Source of the DNA: a virus
Taxonomy: Duplodnaviria; Caudoviricetes
Reading direction: 5' to 3' (one strand)
Length of the DNA: 64,000 bases
Virus record (IMG/VR): IMGVR_UViG_3300011338_000371
Location: 15,274 to 79,273 of that record
Shown here piece after piece: positions 10,244 to 20,300 of this stretch. The position numbers were made by a program, and so were the translations under genes. The notes beneath the pieces are model-generated. The model was given only the letters and a program-made list of their open reading frames with translations. It did not search any database and had not been told where the DNA came from. Numbering within the stretch: position 1 is the stretch's first letter; every line of letters begins with the position of its first letter.

Positions 10244-11587
10244 ATGAATCACAAAATCACACAAATTTTCGTCCCTACTGCCGTATCTGGTATTACTGGA
10301 GGATTTCCACTCGTAACTACTGATGGTTTGGGTAAGCAAGTGATGGGTATCTATAACCCTAACACTTTTGCAAACATTACTACTACTGCTAGTGATGCTG
10401 ACTTCTTGGTTGCTATCGGATCTGCTGCTGTTGGTAGCAAGTACGGTTCTTTCAAGACTGCTCCTATCAAGTTGTCTAACATCTTGTCTGTAGTTAAGAC
10501 TGTAGCTGACACAACTGTTAAGCAACAAATCACTTACATCGGTTATGATGAAGTTAACGACTCTAAAGCTCCTAACTTTGCTTGCGATGAAGAGTATGTT
10601 GTTACTTTGAAAATTGACGAGTATTGGAGCAAGGGTGTTTATCAGCCTATGATCCAAGAGTCAGTTCGTGTTAAAACTGCTTGTTGCGCTGACTGTGGCG
10701 GTGGATGCGACTCTTTGGGTTGTTCTACCTACATGAGCGAGATGGCTGACAAAATCAATGCTTCTCCTTTGTTGAGCAAGTATGTAACTGCTACCTACGT
10801 TTACAAAGGTTCTTTGCCTACTTACAAGTGGACTTTGACTATCCAAGATCCAGGTGACTCTACTGCAGAAACTGCTGTATTGACTAACTTGCGTTCTGTT
10901 TACGCTTCTTACGTAACTACCCCTTCTTCTGATATTGTTATCACTTCTGACACAGACGGTGATTCTGATGCAGATTCTTTGGGTAACATTATGTATGAGT
11001 TGACTCCTTTGGCTTCTGTAACTAGCTTGCCTAACTACAACGGAGTTGCTTGGGAGAAAGTATTGGTATCTGCTGGTTCAGTAACTGCTTGTGGTGTTAA
11101 GATTGAAGGTAAAGTATTGGATGAATTCGGAAACGCTTGTGTTCCTGATGCAGTTCCTTACGTATTCAACTTGGTACGTTTCAAGGTTGCCGTTCACGAA
11201 GGTCCTTACAACACTCAAGATTTCGATATCGAAAACTTCTGTGCAGCTGTCCCTGTTACTACTACTCAAGAGATTAAGTATCCTTTGGGTGTTGGTGCTG
11301 CTATGGCTGAAATGGAGCGTCACTACTTCACTAACAACTTGCCTGCTACCGCTGATGCTCGTCGTTATTGGAACCCTATTTACAACGAAGACACCAATGC
11401 CTTCTTGTATGTAAATAGTGCTACCACTTACGATATGTACGAGATCACCTACATTGAGCCTTCTCCAGTTGGTTTCGAAAAGAAAACTGAGAACACTCAC
11501 TCTGTAGTTATCTTGGCTGCTTCTGCTGTGTCTAGTGCTGTTGCAACTGCGTTGAACAACGTATTGCCAACTAGTCTTCACGTCTAA
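10244..11587 (+). CDS. Abundant structural protein, likely auxiliary capsid protein
   Basis: 447 aa; same high-expression codon bias as the major capsid gene; Cys cluster TACCADCGGGC; followed by a strong terminator. Confidence 0.7.
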   Translation: MNHKITQIFVPTAVSGITGGFPLVTTDGLGKQVMGIYNPNTFANITTTASDADFLVAIGSAAVGSKYGSFKTAPIKLSNILSVVKTVADTTVKQQITYIGYDEVNDSKAPNFACDEEYVVTLKIDEYWSKGVYQPMIQESVRVKTACCADCGGGCDSLGCSTYMSEMADKINASPLLSKYVTATYVYKGSLPTYKWTLTIQDPGDSTAETAVLTNLRSVYASYVTTPSSDIVITSDTDGDSDADSLGNIMYELTPLASVTSLPNYNGVAWEKVLVSAGSVTACGVKIEGKVLDEFGNACVPDAVPYVFNLVRFKVAVHEGPYNTQDFDIENFCAAVPVTTTQEIKYPLGVGAAMAEMERHYFTNNLPATADARRYWNPIYNEDTNAFLYVNSATTYDMYEITYIEPSPVGFEKKTENTHSVVILAASAVSSAVATALNNVLPTSLHV

Positions 11588-11594
11588 CCTAATT

Positions 11595-11622
11595 AGGGGG
11601 AGAAACTATTCTCCCCCTTTTT
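11595..11622 (+). terminator. Intrinsic terminator
   Basis: AGGGGGAGAA 11595-11604 / TTCTCCCCCT 11609-11618, then T-run. Confidence 0.8.
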
Positions 11623-11644
11623 AACTTTAATTCAAAACAAAAAA

Positions 11645-12106
11645 ATGAAAGATATTATCTTAAAACCCGGTTCATACCTTAAGGACACTAAGACACAAAA
11701 CACCAAAAACATTCCTGGTCAATCCATGGAAGATTTTGTTGTAGGTGTTTTGGCTAATCCTACATGCTGCGTGAAGACCCTGAAATTGAACAAAACTGCA
11801 GTTACCCAAACTGGTACTATTACTAGTGGTGTTACTGTAAATGCTTCTGCAGGTAGAATCACTACAGTTGCTTTGACTACTGCTGCAAATGTTGCTGAGG
11901 CTCCTTTTACCGTAACTAACAGTTACGTATTGGCTGACTCTGTTATTATTGCAACTGTTACTGGATATTCTGGAGCTACTATTACTAACGATTTGCCACA
12001 AGTTTACATTGATGATGTAGTTGCTGGTTCATTTAAAGTAATCGTAGGTAACGGAGGTTCTGGTACTCTTGATGGTACAGTAACTATCTCCTTCGTAATT
12101 CACTAA
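11645..12106 (+). CDS. Beta-rich virion protein (head fibre/decoration-like)
   Basis: 153 aa, Thr/Val/Gly-rich beta-sandwich-like C-terminus, bracketed by two terminators. Confidence 0.55.
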   Translation: MKDIILKPGSYLKDTKTQNTKNIPGQSMEDFVVGVLANPTCCVKTLKLNKTAVTQTGTITSGVTVNASAGRITTVALTTAANVAEAPFTVTNSYVLADSVIIATVTGYSGATITNDLPQVYIDDVVAGSFKVIVGNGGSGTLDGTVTISFVIH

Positions 12107-12120
12107 TCTCTAAATTAAAT

Positions 12121-12144
12121 GGGGAGGTAACACTCCCCTTTTTT
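12121..12144 (+). terminator. Intrinsic terminator
   Basis: GGGGAG 12121-12126 / CTCCCC 12133-12138, then T6. Confidence 0.75.
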
Positions 12145-12149
12145 AAACT

Positions 12150-12656
12150 ATGAACGTACAACTTAATCTCGAAGTCCTCAAAGCCAAAGACTGTTCTTAC
12201 TTAACAGTCATTGATACCTCTGTGTATCCGATTACCCCAGAAACCGCTAATATCTTTATTGGTGTACCTGGTTATGATTCAGCTTATGAGTTTAGTTATT
12301 TGATTGGAGAAACTAATATTTATAACTCTTATAATTTTGGTTTTACTACATCTGCTACTTCTGACTTTGCAGCACTTCCTGATGGAGTATATTCATTAAC
12401 TATTACTACTTGTCCTGATACTGGAGTTAACTCTCGTTATCATTTGAGGACTTGTAAGATTGATTGTCGACTTGCCGTACAGTGGGCTAAGTATGTAGAC
12501 TGCTGTGATGACGAGAAGATTCTTTATATGTTAGACAAAATCGAGTTTTTGTTAAAGGGTGCAGAAGCACATGCTGACCTATGCAATCCTACAAAAGCTA
12601 CCGAACTTTATAAAAAGGCTGATGACTTACTTAGAAGACTTGAGCTTGACTGTTAA
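12150..12656 (+). CDS. Tail hub-like structural protein
   Basis: 168 aa with LPDGVYSLTI motif and Cys-rich C-terminus; position in the tail module. Confidence 0.55.
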   Translation: MNVQLNLEVLKAKDCSYLTVIDTSVYPITPETANIFIGVPGYDSAYEFSYLIGETNIYNSYNFGFTTSATSDFAALPDGVYSLTITTCPDTGVNSRYHLRTCKIDCRLAVQWAKYVDCCDDEKILYMLDKIEFLLKGAEAHADLCNPTKATELYKKADDLLRRLELDC

Positions 12657-12810
12657 GAAAAAACTTGCTGCAGCATCTTACAAAGAACTACAGCATATTA
12701 AATACTTGACAAAACCTTATTACAAAAAATCTAGAGGATTAGCTCGCTTACTTAAGTATGCTCATTGTCTAGACTGCAGTACTGCACAAACACTAAAAAT
12801 TAAACTCTAA
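12622..12810 (+). CDS. Small basic protein, 62 aa, probable start at ATG 12622
   Basis: MTYLEDLSLTVKKKLAAAS...HCLDCS...; fills the gap before the ATG at 12815. Confidence 0.55.
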   Translation: MTYLEDLSLTVKKKLAAASYKELQHIKYLTKPYYKKSRGLARLLKYAHCLDCSTAQTLKIKL

Positions 12811-12814
12811 AACA

Positions 12815-13342
12815 ATGACTAACTGCTGCCCTAATAATAACTGTGTAGAAATCGTTCCTTCTGGGTGCGTAAAGTATACAGGCACTCCTACTACAGGGGG
12901 CCTAATTGATTCTTTTGATTCCTGCGATCCTTATCTGAATGACTTGCTTAAGTTGTTGGACGATAATGTGACTACATTGGATGCAAGAGTAGGATTGAAT
13001 AAGACTACTTTTGATGCAGCAAATACTGCTTGTGGTACTACTCCTGTTATCTCTACTACTGGTCTTACAGTAAAAGATGACAAGTATTATTCTTCAGAGG
13101 TTGTCATTAAGCTAGTAGGTGTTATTTGTGACCTTCGCTCTCGTATGAATTATCTTTCTGCAGAGAACATTAATACCAATAATGGAAATATGCACTGGGA
13201 AGATCTCCCATTAAGCCCAGATTTGATTGCTTATTTAAGAACTAAGTGTCTTGGAGATGACCCTTGTAGTAATGATCTACCATCTAACTTGGGTGGATTA
13301 TTGAGAACTATTGTTAACAAACTTTGTACTTGCTGCCCATAA
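12815..13342 (+). CDS. Cys-rich tail/fibre-associated protein
   Basis: 175 aa; begins MTNCCPNNNCVEIVPSGCVKYTG and ends CTCCP. Confidence 0.6.
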   Translation: MTNCCPNNNCVEIVPSGCVKYTGTPTTGGLIDSFDSCDPYLNDLLKLLDDNVTTLDARVGLNKTTFDAANTACGTTPVISTTGLTVKDDKYYSSEVVIKLVGVICDLRSRMNYLSAENINTNNGNMHWEDLPLSPDLIAYLRTKCLGDDPCSNDLPSNLGGLLRTIVNKLCTCCP

Positions 13343-13344
13343 CT

Positions 13345-15225
13345 ATGTCTACCTGTATTGATTGCACTGGAACTATATATACACCTTGCTCTGATGTAAG
13401 TTGTTTGTCTACTAACTACGGTAAGTGTATTACTTACTCAGGCTCTCCTCTATACTGTGCTACAGGTGGAGTAGGAACTCTTACTTTTACAGGAACTGCA
13501 GTTGCTCCTTTGACAACTACAGAAGTTACCTTGACTCCTACAGGAGGAACAGGAACTGGACTTCAGGTTAAAGTTACACGTACTCCTGGATCTGTTGCTT
13601 ATAATGTTACAATTGTTTCAGTAGGATCTTCTTACACAGTAGGAGACACTATTACAATTGCAGGAACTTCTTTAGGAGGTGCTACCCCTGCAAATGACCT
13701 AGTACTTACAGTAGCTAGTCTTGCTGCTTTGATCTCTAATACAACAAGTGTAGATGATGCTATCGTAAACTTGCACCAGAGACTTTGTACCATTACTTCT
13801 GTAGGTCTTAACTACTCAGGATTCAACTACTCTTGTCTTCGCTTAGGTGGAGGACTTACAGGCGTAGGTACAGCAATCACAACTGCTCAAGGATTTACTG
13901 AAAGTGCTGCAAGTGCTTTATGTTCTTTGAATACAAGAGTTGTAGCTGTTGAGACTCCTACCTTTACTGTTCCTAGTTGTATCTCAGGATTGACTTCTGC
14001 AAGTTCTACTCTAGGTGCAATCTTGACTGCGTATGGTTCTAAGATCTGTACTATCAACACTAACGTTGATATGACTGGAGTTCTTAGCAACCCTTGTATT
14101 GCTTATCCTTTCTCTACTAAGCCTACTTCTACTGTAGTTTCTGATTACTTGAACTGGATTACCAGCAACATGTGTGGAATCTACCAAAGTCTTTCTACTG
14201 ATATTAGTACTGTAGGGACTACCGTAACTAGTCTTAAGACTTATGTAGCGGGTGTAGGATCTATTCCTGCATCTATTAATACTTCTTGTATCTCAGGAGG
14301 ATCTGCAACAAGTACTTTGGCAGCAGCAGCTATTCTTTGGACTAGTCAAATTTGTGCCATCAACACTACTCTAAGCTCTCTTGCTACTTCAAATTACGCT
14401 TTGACTTGGGCAACTAACTTTGGTGCTACTGCTTATTATGGTTATACTTTTAACTACACTAACACAAGTACTACTCTTCAGACTCAATTGGATCGTATTG
14501 TAGCTACTTTGGGTAGAATGAAGATGAAGTTAAATGCTTCTGACTTCACTGCAACAAGTGACTCAGATGGACTTAACGTCTCTTTAGCTTCAGGTGTTCG
14601 CTTTACTTGCTCTCAGTTAAATAGTTGTTCTATCTCTTCTTTATCAGACGTAACTACAACAGCTCCTGCTACCTTTGATGGTTTGTTCTGGAGTGGTTCT
14701 GAATGGGTAAACAAAGAAATTATCTACACATCTACAGGAGGCAGCGTAGTTGTTACACGTGCAGACAACCCTACTAATATTACTGTAAATATTGAAACTG
14801 CAAGTTCTACCGCAACTACTGTATCTACTACGGCTCTTACTAATCCTAATCTAACAGTAGGACCTTCTGTTAGGTTCTCTACAGGAGTAGGTTTGCCTAG
14901 ATTACATAAACAAGGACAGATAGTAACTGTAGAAGGAACCATTTCTGTTACCGCTACTGGATCAGTAACTTGGGCAAATAATGCAAACATAGGATTTCTT
15001 CAAATCCCTCTTGCTTATCAATCGACAGTTCCTGTATACTTTGCTGCAGACATCTACTTGTATACAGCAGCATCTCCTTCTGTACCTACAGGTGTAGCTA
15101 GGGGAATTGTTACTATGAGTGGAAGTTCTTTGATTGTGACCCTTGTTAATCCTGCAGGAACTTTAAGTTTCTCTACAGGAGACTCATTTGAAATTGTTAT
15201 CGGAGGAAACTCTTATAAACTGTAA
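13345..15225 (+). CDS. Tail fibre-like protein, probable start at ATG 13345
   Basis: Thr/Ser/Gly-rich with Cys-rich N-terminus (CITYSG motif shared with CVKYTG of the preceding gene) and beta-rich C-terminal domain. Confidence 0.65.
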   Translation: MSTCIDCTGTIYTPCSDVSCLSTNYGKCITYSGSPLYCATGGVGTLTFTGTAVAPLTTTEVTLTPTGGTGTGLQVKVTRTPGSVAYNVTIVSVGSSYTVGDTITIAGTSLGGATPANDLVLTVASLAALISNTTSVDDAIVNLHQRLCTITSVGLNYSGFNYSCLRLGGGLTGVGTAITTAQGFTESAASALCSLNTRVVAVETPTFTVPSCISGLTSASSTLGAILTAYGSKICTINTNVDMTGVLSNPCIAYPFSTKPTSTVVSDYLNWITSNMCGIYQSLSTDISTVGTTVTSLKTYVAGVGSIPASINTSCISGGSATSTLAAAAILWTSQICAINTTLSSLATSNYALTWATNFGATAYYGYTFNYTNTSTTLQTQLDRIVATLGRMKMKLNASDFTATSDSDGLNVSLASGVRFTCSQLNSCSISSLSDVTTTAPATFDGLFWSGSEWVNKEIIYTSTGGSVVVTRADNPTNITVNIETASSTATTVSTTALTNPNLTVGPSVRFSTGVGLPRLHKQGQIVTVEGTISVTATGSVTWANNANIGFLQIPLAYQSTVPVYFAADIYLYTAASPSVPTGVARGIVTMSGSSLIVTLVNPAGTLSFSTGDSFEIVIGGNSYKL

Positions 15226-15269
15226 TACGACATTGGCAGGATTTTTTGGTTGGTTTTCCTGTCATCTTG

Positions 15270-15306
15270 CTAGTAGGAGCCTGCGAAAGTGGGCTCTTCT
15301 AGTTTT
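15270..15306 (+). terminator. GAAA-tetraloop terminator
   Basis: GAGCCTGC-GAAA-GTGGGCTC stem with G-U pairs, extended by CTAG/CTAG, then T4. Confidence 0.7.
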
Positions 15307-15317
15307 AAAATAAACTC

Positions 15318-15348
15318 TTGACTTAAAGTTAAAATTAAATTATATTTG
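15318..15348 (+). promoter_or_regulatory. Bacteroidota-type promoter for the tail operon
   Basis: TTG 15318-15320, 20-nt spacer, TATATTTG 15341-15348. Confidence 0.75.
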
Positions 15349-15384
15349 TAATAGGTCTTAAATTAACCCAAACTATATTCTAAC

Positions 15385-16026
15385 ATGTACACGAATTCGG
15401 AATTAATTGCTAGAGTCAAAAGTGCTAACAAGTTTGTTAGTGACGATGACATGATTAGTGACCGTTACTTATACGGGTTGCTTAAGACCAAAGCTGCTAC
15501 TCTTTTACGCAGAGAAATTAATCTAAGAAGACTTTTAACTTCTGACAATGTATACCAAGCTTACGAGTGTGTACACTTGATTGAGGCTAAAGGTGCAGAA
15601 TGTGATTTGAATTGCCCTATCCGTAGAACTAAGCATAAATTGCCAAACATTGATGAGGGCTTGTATTCTTATTTTATTCAAGGGGTGTTTAACACTTCTA
15701 ACTCTGAGGAACTTTTTCCTACTACTATTAGAGATTTCATTAATCACACTCGTTTACGTTTTAAAACCCCTAAAAAGTATTATACCATTCGTAATGGATA
15801 TCTTTATGTTTTAGATCCAGATGTAGAGTGTGTGAATATGTACGCTTACTTTACAGAGTCTATCGAGGACCTAGATGGAACTCAGTGTATGAGTATGTAT
15901 GATAAACAGTTTAAGTTTCCTGCCTACCTGACAGATACTTTGATTGAAATGTGTAATCAGTCGCTTATTAACTTTCACAAGTTACCTTATGAGACTGAGG
16001 ACAACAACAGAGACGAACCCAACTAA
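15385..16026 (+). CDS. Tail ring protein
   Basis: 213 aa; DDMISDRYLY and YYTIRNGYLYV segments; crAss-like tail synteny. Confidence 0.65.
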   Translation: MYTNSELIARVKSANKFVSDDDMISDRYLYGLLKTKAATLLRREINLRRLLTSDNVYQAYECVHLIEAKGAECDLNCPIRRTKHKLPNIDEGLYSYFIQGVFNTSNSEELFPTTIRDFINHTRLRFKTPKKYYTIRNGYLYVLDPDVECVNMYAYFTESIEDLDGTQCMSMYDKQFKFPAYLTDTLIEMCNQSLINFHKLPYETEDNNRDEPN

Positions 16027-16028
16027 TT

Positions 16029-16523
16029 ATGTCGAAAGACTTTGTAAAAGCAAATAAAACCCCTTACGTCAGGCAGAAAGAGAGAGATACAACTTCGGAT
16101 ACGAACTTTCTCTCTTACAAAGCCTACACCATGTTCTTAAAAGAAACCAAAAGAAAAGACATCACCTACAAACAATTTTGTGCTATCCCTAAACAAGTAC
16201 ATATCAAGTTAGTAGAACGTCTTTTAAGAGGTAGATATAGTATTAGATTCCCGAACTTAGGTTCTATTAAAATTGTAAAAACAGAAAATGCAATTCCAGA
16301 AGCTAAACGTACAATTATTAACTGGAAACTCTACAAAGAAACTGGAGTTAAAGTGCCTTATAGAAATTCACACACCAATGGTGCTGTCTATAAATTTCAC
16401 TTGTATCCATACTATAAGAGGATAGTTCAGTTTGGGTTCTATGACTTAAGAATGTCTAACGTACATAAGGCAAACCTAGCTAAGGCTATTAGAGAAGATA
16501 AAATAAACATAAGTTCCTTTTAA
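16029..16523 (+). CDS. IHF/HU-like DNA-binding protein of the tail module
   Basis: 164 aa, basic; helix-helix then SIRFPNLGSIKIVK beta segment; lies between ring genes as in crAss-like phages. Confidence 0.6.
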   Translation: MSKDFVKANKTPYVRQKERDTTSDTNFLSYKAYTMFLKETKRKDITYKQFCAIPKQVHIKLVERLLRGRYSIRFPNLGSIKIVKTENAIPEAKRTIINWKLYKETGVKVPYRNSHTNGAVYKFHLYPYYKRIVQFGFYDLRMSNVHKANLAKAIREDKINISSF

Positions 16524-16524
16524 A

Positions 16525-17361
16525 ATGAAATACGCTAATACACCCTTTATTTCTTCTGAACCACTTATTGCTGAAGTAAAGCAAGAGTTAAAGACTTACT
16601 TTGAAGCAGGTGCTATTAGTGAAGTACTTATTCCAACCTTCATAGACCAGGCTTTAAGAAAACTTAAAGTAATGGTACTAGAACCAGAAGAACTAGTTCT
16701 TAATTTTACAAACTACAAATCCGAGTTACCTTGTGACTTTGCTTTACTTGACTACGCTATTCATTATGATTCCGAAACTTTCTGGGGTCAAGGAGTAAAC
16801 TCAGTAAAGGGCACTTGGTATAAATCTATACAATGTACTAATGGCTGCACAGATTGCGGTCTAAAGGAAGAAATCTACGAGACAGTATCTGTACCTACTC
16901 CAGGATTTAAAATCACTATGAAGCATCCTACTTGGATTCGAGTTTACCATGGCTCTAAAGCTATGTGTACTGAAGGATGCGAGAACTTGAATGTATCTTC
17001 TGAAAATATTATCCAAATTCATCCTAACAAAACCGTTACTTCTACGTTTGAAAGCGGTTGTGTGTATATTAGATATTACTCACGTCCAATGGACGATGAT
17101 AACCTACCTATGGTGCCTGAAATTCTTGAGGTTGAAGAGTATATTAAATCTTATCTTAAGTTTAAGTTTTTTGAACAACTTTGGCATTCAGTAGTTGATG
17201 AGAGTCAGCGTCAGGTAGAAGCTAAGTTTCAATACTACAGACAAGATCAATTAGCCAAACTTCAGGCTGCATTTAGTTACTTGTTAACCTACACCAAACA
17301 GCAGATGGCTGACAACGTAGCTAAGACAAGAACTCGTTTTAACAGGTTCCATATCTCCTAA
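16525..17361 (+). CDS. Tail ring / tubular protein
   Basis: 278 aa directly before the muzzle gene; VYIRYYS...DDDNLPMVPE motif. Confidence 0.7.
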   Translation: MKYANTPFISSEPLIAEVKQELKTYFEAGAISEVLIPTFIDQALRKLKVMVLEPEELVLNFTNYKSELPCDFALLDYAIHYDSETFWGQGVNSVKGTWYKSIQCTNGCTDCGLKEEIYETVSVPTPGFKITMKHPTWIRVYHGSKAMCTEGCENLNVSSENIIQIHPNKTVTSTFESGCVYIRYYSRPMDDDNLPMVPEILEVEEYIKSYLKFKFFEQLWHSVVDESQRQVEAKFQYYRQDQLAKLQAAFSYLLTYTKQQMADNVAKTRTRFNRFHIS

Positions 17362-17366
17362 GTTTA

Positions 17367-20300
17367 ATGCAAAACAAAATCAATCAGAACACGGCAGGTT
17401 TAAACCTTGATTCGGTTAATTACCAGATCAAGGAGAACATGATTACGTATGCCTTGAATGCAAACGTGCAGTCTCATGATGGTAACTCTACCACATATAC
17501 TAACGAGCCTTCAAACCAAATCTGTTATGATTTTAGTTTGACTTATCCTGGATTTAGAGTACTTAATGTTTTAAGTATTATAGAACAGTCTAAGTTAATT
17601 GTCTTCTTAGCACATCCAGATGGACGTTCTTTGATTGGACAAGTTACTGACTTAGGAAAAGACTGTACTAGTCTAGTAGAAAGTGAAACAGATTGTGGTT
17701 GCATATCAGGTACTGTATTAGATAGTACAGTATTAAGTAGTTTAAGTCCAATAGCTGGAACTGGAGAATGTCCTACAGGATATACCTTTAATAGTAAATC
17801 AGGTTTTTGTGAAAAAGTAATTAGTACTCCTATACAGGAAACTATCGCAAAACAATCTGTTATTTCTTCGTGCAGAGCTGCCGACCATGGAACTACACTT
17901 ACTAGAGTATACAAAGATACTTGGACTACTCAAACTCCTCCTACATATCATACTGTAGTAGAGTCTAACTTAACTCAATCTTTTTGGTATCCAGGGGGTG
18001 GTTTTTCTTATATTAAACAAATTGGTATTCAAGCAGATATTGATGATACTAATGATCCATGTGGAACCCAGGAAACTCCTGATTTTTTAGGGTTTACTGA
18101 AACGATTTGTATTAGTGATACTAAACAATACTACTTAGGATTAGCTGCAGATGATTCTCTGAGGGTGTCGATTGATGGGAGTATAATTTTTGATTTTGAC
18201 GCTTCAGATCCTTCTAAAAGCTTTGCAACACTTACAGACTTATGGGCAAGGTACAATCTATTTCCTGTTACTATAACCAAAGGCAGTCATCTTTTAAAAT
18301 TTGAATATAAAAATCAACCTACGGGTAATCCAGGAAATAGGGGGATGTTTGCCTATGAGCTATATGACATCTCTTTAACACAGTTGACAGATCCAAACTT
18401 AACTAGAGTTATTTTACAAAATAGTCGAGTTTTAAGTAATGGTAAACCTATTACTTCTGAAACAAAAGCTTCAGGTCGTATACTACAGATTAGTTATAGT
18501 GGAACTGCTACTGGAACTTATACGATTTCAAGTGCAGTACAAAGTAGTACTTCTGGAACAGGAACTGATGCAGAATTTAAAGTAGTTGTTGATTCGGGAG
18601 TTATTACCTCTGTAATACTTAACTACTCAGGTAAAGGTTACAAAACTGGAGATACTCTCACTATTTCTTCTGGAAGTGCTCTTAATTTAACAATTACTGT
18701 AGTAGCTGCTTCAGTACAAGAAGATTTTATTGAACTCTCTCAAGCATGTCCTGCAGGTTATAGTTTATATGTAAACGAAGATTGTGTAGCTTCTTGTCAG
18801 AAGATAGATCAAAAAAGTGCAATTATTCCAGCAAGTTCTGTAAATTGTTGTACTTTTACTCCTCTAGTTGTAGACGACTGTTGTGATTGTACTGACTGCT
18901 ATAGATACTCTGCACAGTCAATCAATAATACTGCCTACTCTATTACTTACATAAACTGTAACGGAGTAGAAGTAACAGAAACCTTTCCTTCAGGTATAGG
19001 AACATTTACTGCTAAAAGAAATAAGTACACACTTCCTTCTGGAGTAGAAGTACTAGACAGTACCTTAGAGTCTCAAGGAACATGTAGTCCTAAGACAGGA
19101 ACTTGTTGCTTAAACCTATCCCCAGATTATCCTGTCTATTCTGAATATAGAATAGATGACTGTGAGACTAAGGTTTACTTTATTGCAAAGAATATACAAC
19201 CTCGTTATTTCTCATTAGAAGAACCATTAGGTCGTGATCAATGTGGTGATGCCATTGACTGTCTTACAGACTCTTGTGAGCGCTTAAAACTGTTCCCTGA
19301 CTTCTGCCAAGCAGATATCTATCCTACTGGAATTGATTCAGGTGGAAGACTTAAGGGAGGGGTATATTCTTTCTCTATTGCTTATGCAGATGAGAATGGA
19401 AAAGAACTTACCGACTACGTAGACTTTAGTAATCCTATTCCAATTTTTGAGAGGACTATTACTGAGCAGACAGAGTACGAAACCTCTAAGTCTATTAGAG
19501 TTTCTATAGACCACAGTACTGCTGTATTTGATTACTTTAACTTAGTAGTAGCTGAGAATATAAATGAAGTAACTACATACCAACTAGTAGGTACTTATAG
19601 AGTAAATCAATCTACTTACAGGGATTCCTTGGTTTATACAGGAGACTATTCTTCTACTTTCTCTTCTATTGTTCCTTTAATTCGTAGTCCTCATTATGAG
19701 ACTGCAGGTATTATAGAAAAACAGAATGACATTTTAATGTTGGCTGACTTAGTAGAGACTCCCAAGTATAACTTCCAATTACTTGCTAACCAAATTAAGC
19801 TTCGTTGGGAAACTGTTAAAATGCCAGTTGATAACAAGTTTGATTACTCTAATCCAGAAATTGCTTACTTCTTTAGAACCTATCAAAGGGATGAAGTTTA
19901 TCCTTTTGGTATTAAGTTTAAACTAAAGAATGGTAAGTATACAGATGTATTCCATATTCCAGGAAGAGAAGTATTCCAGAACTCAGATGAGAGATCTCTT
20001 ATCTATCACGATAGCAATCCAGATGCATTTGGTACATCTAATGATTGTATAATCACAGACAAAGAAGAAAAGTGGAAAGTATACAATACAGCTACAACAG
20101 GTATTACTCCTCCTAATAACACTCCTTCTCTACAAGAAGCTCAATACTCCTGTAAGATTACAGTAGAAACTTCTGGAGAATTTGCTTACTGGGAATCTAC
20201 AGAGACTTATCCTTGTTACGATGAAGTCTGGGGAGCATTAGCAGGTCAACCTATTCGTCACCATAAGTTCCCAGAGAATGCTAAGTCACATATCCATGCA

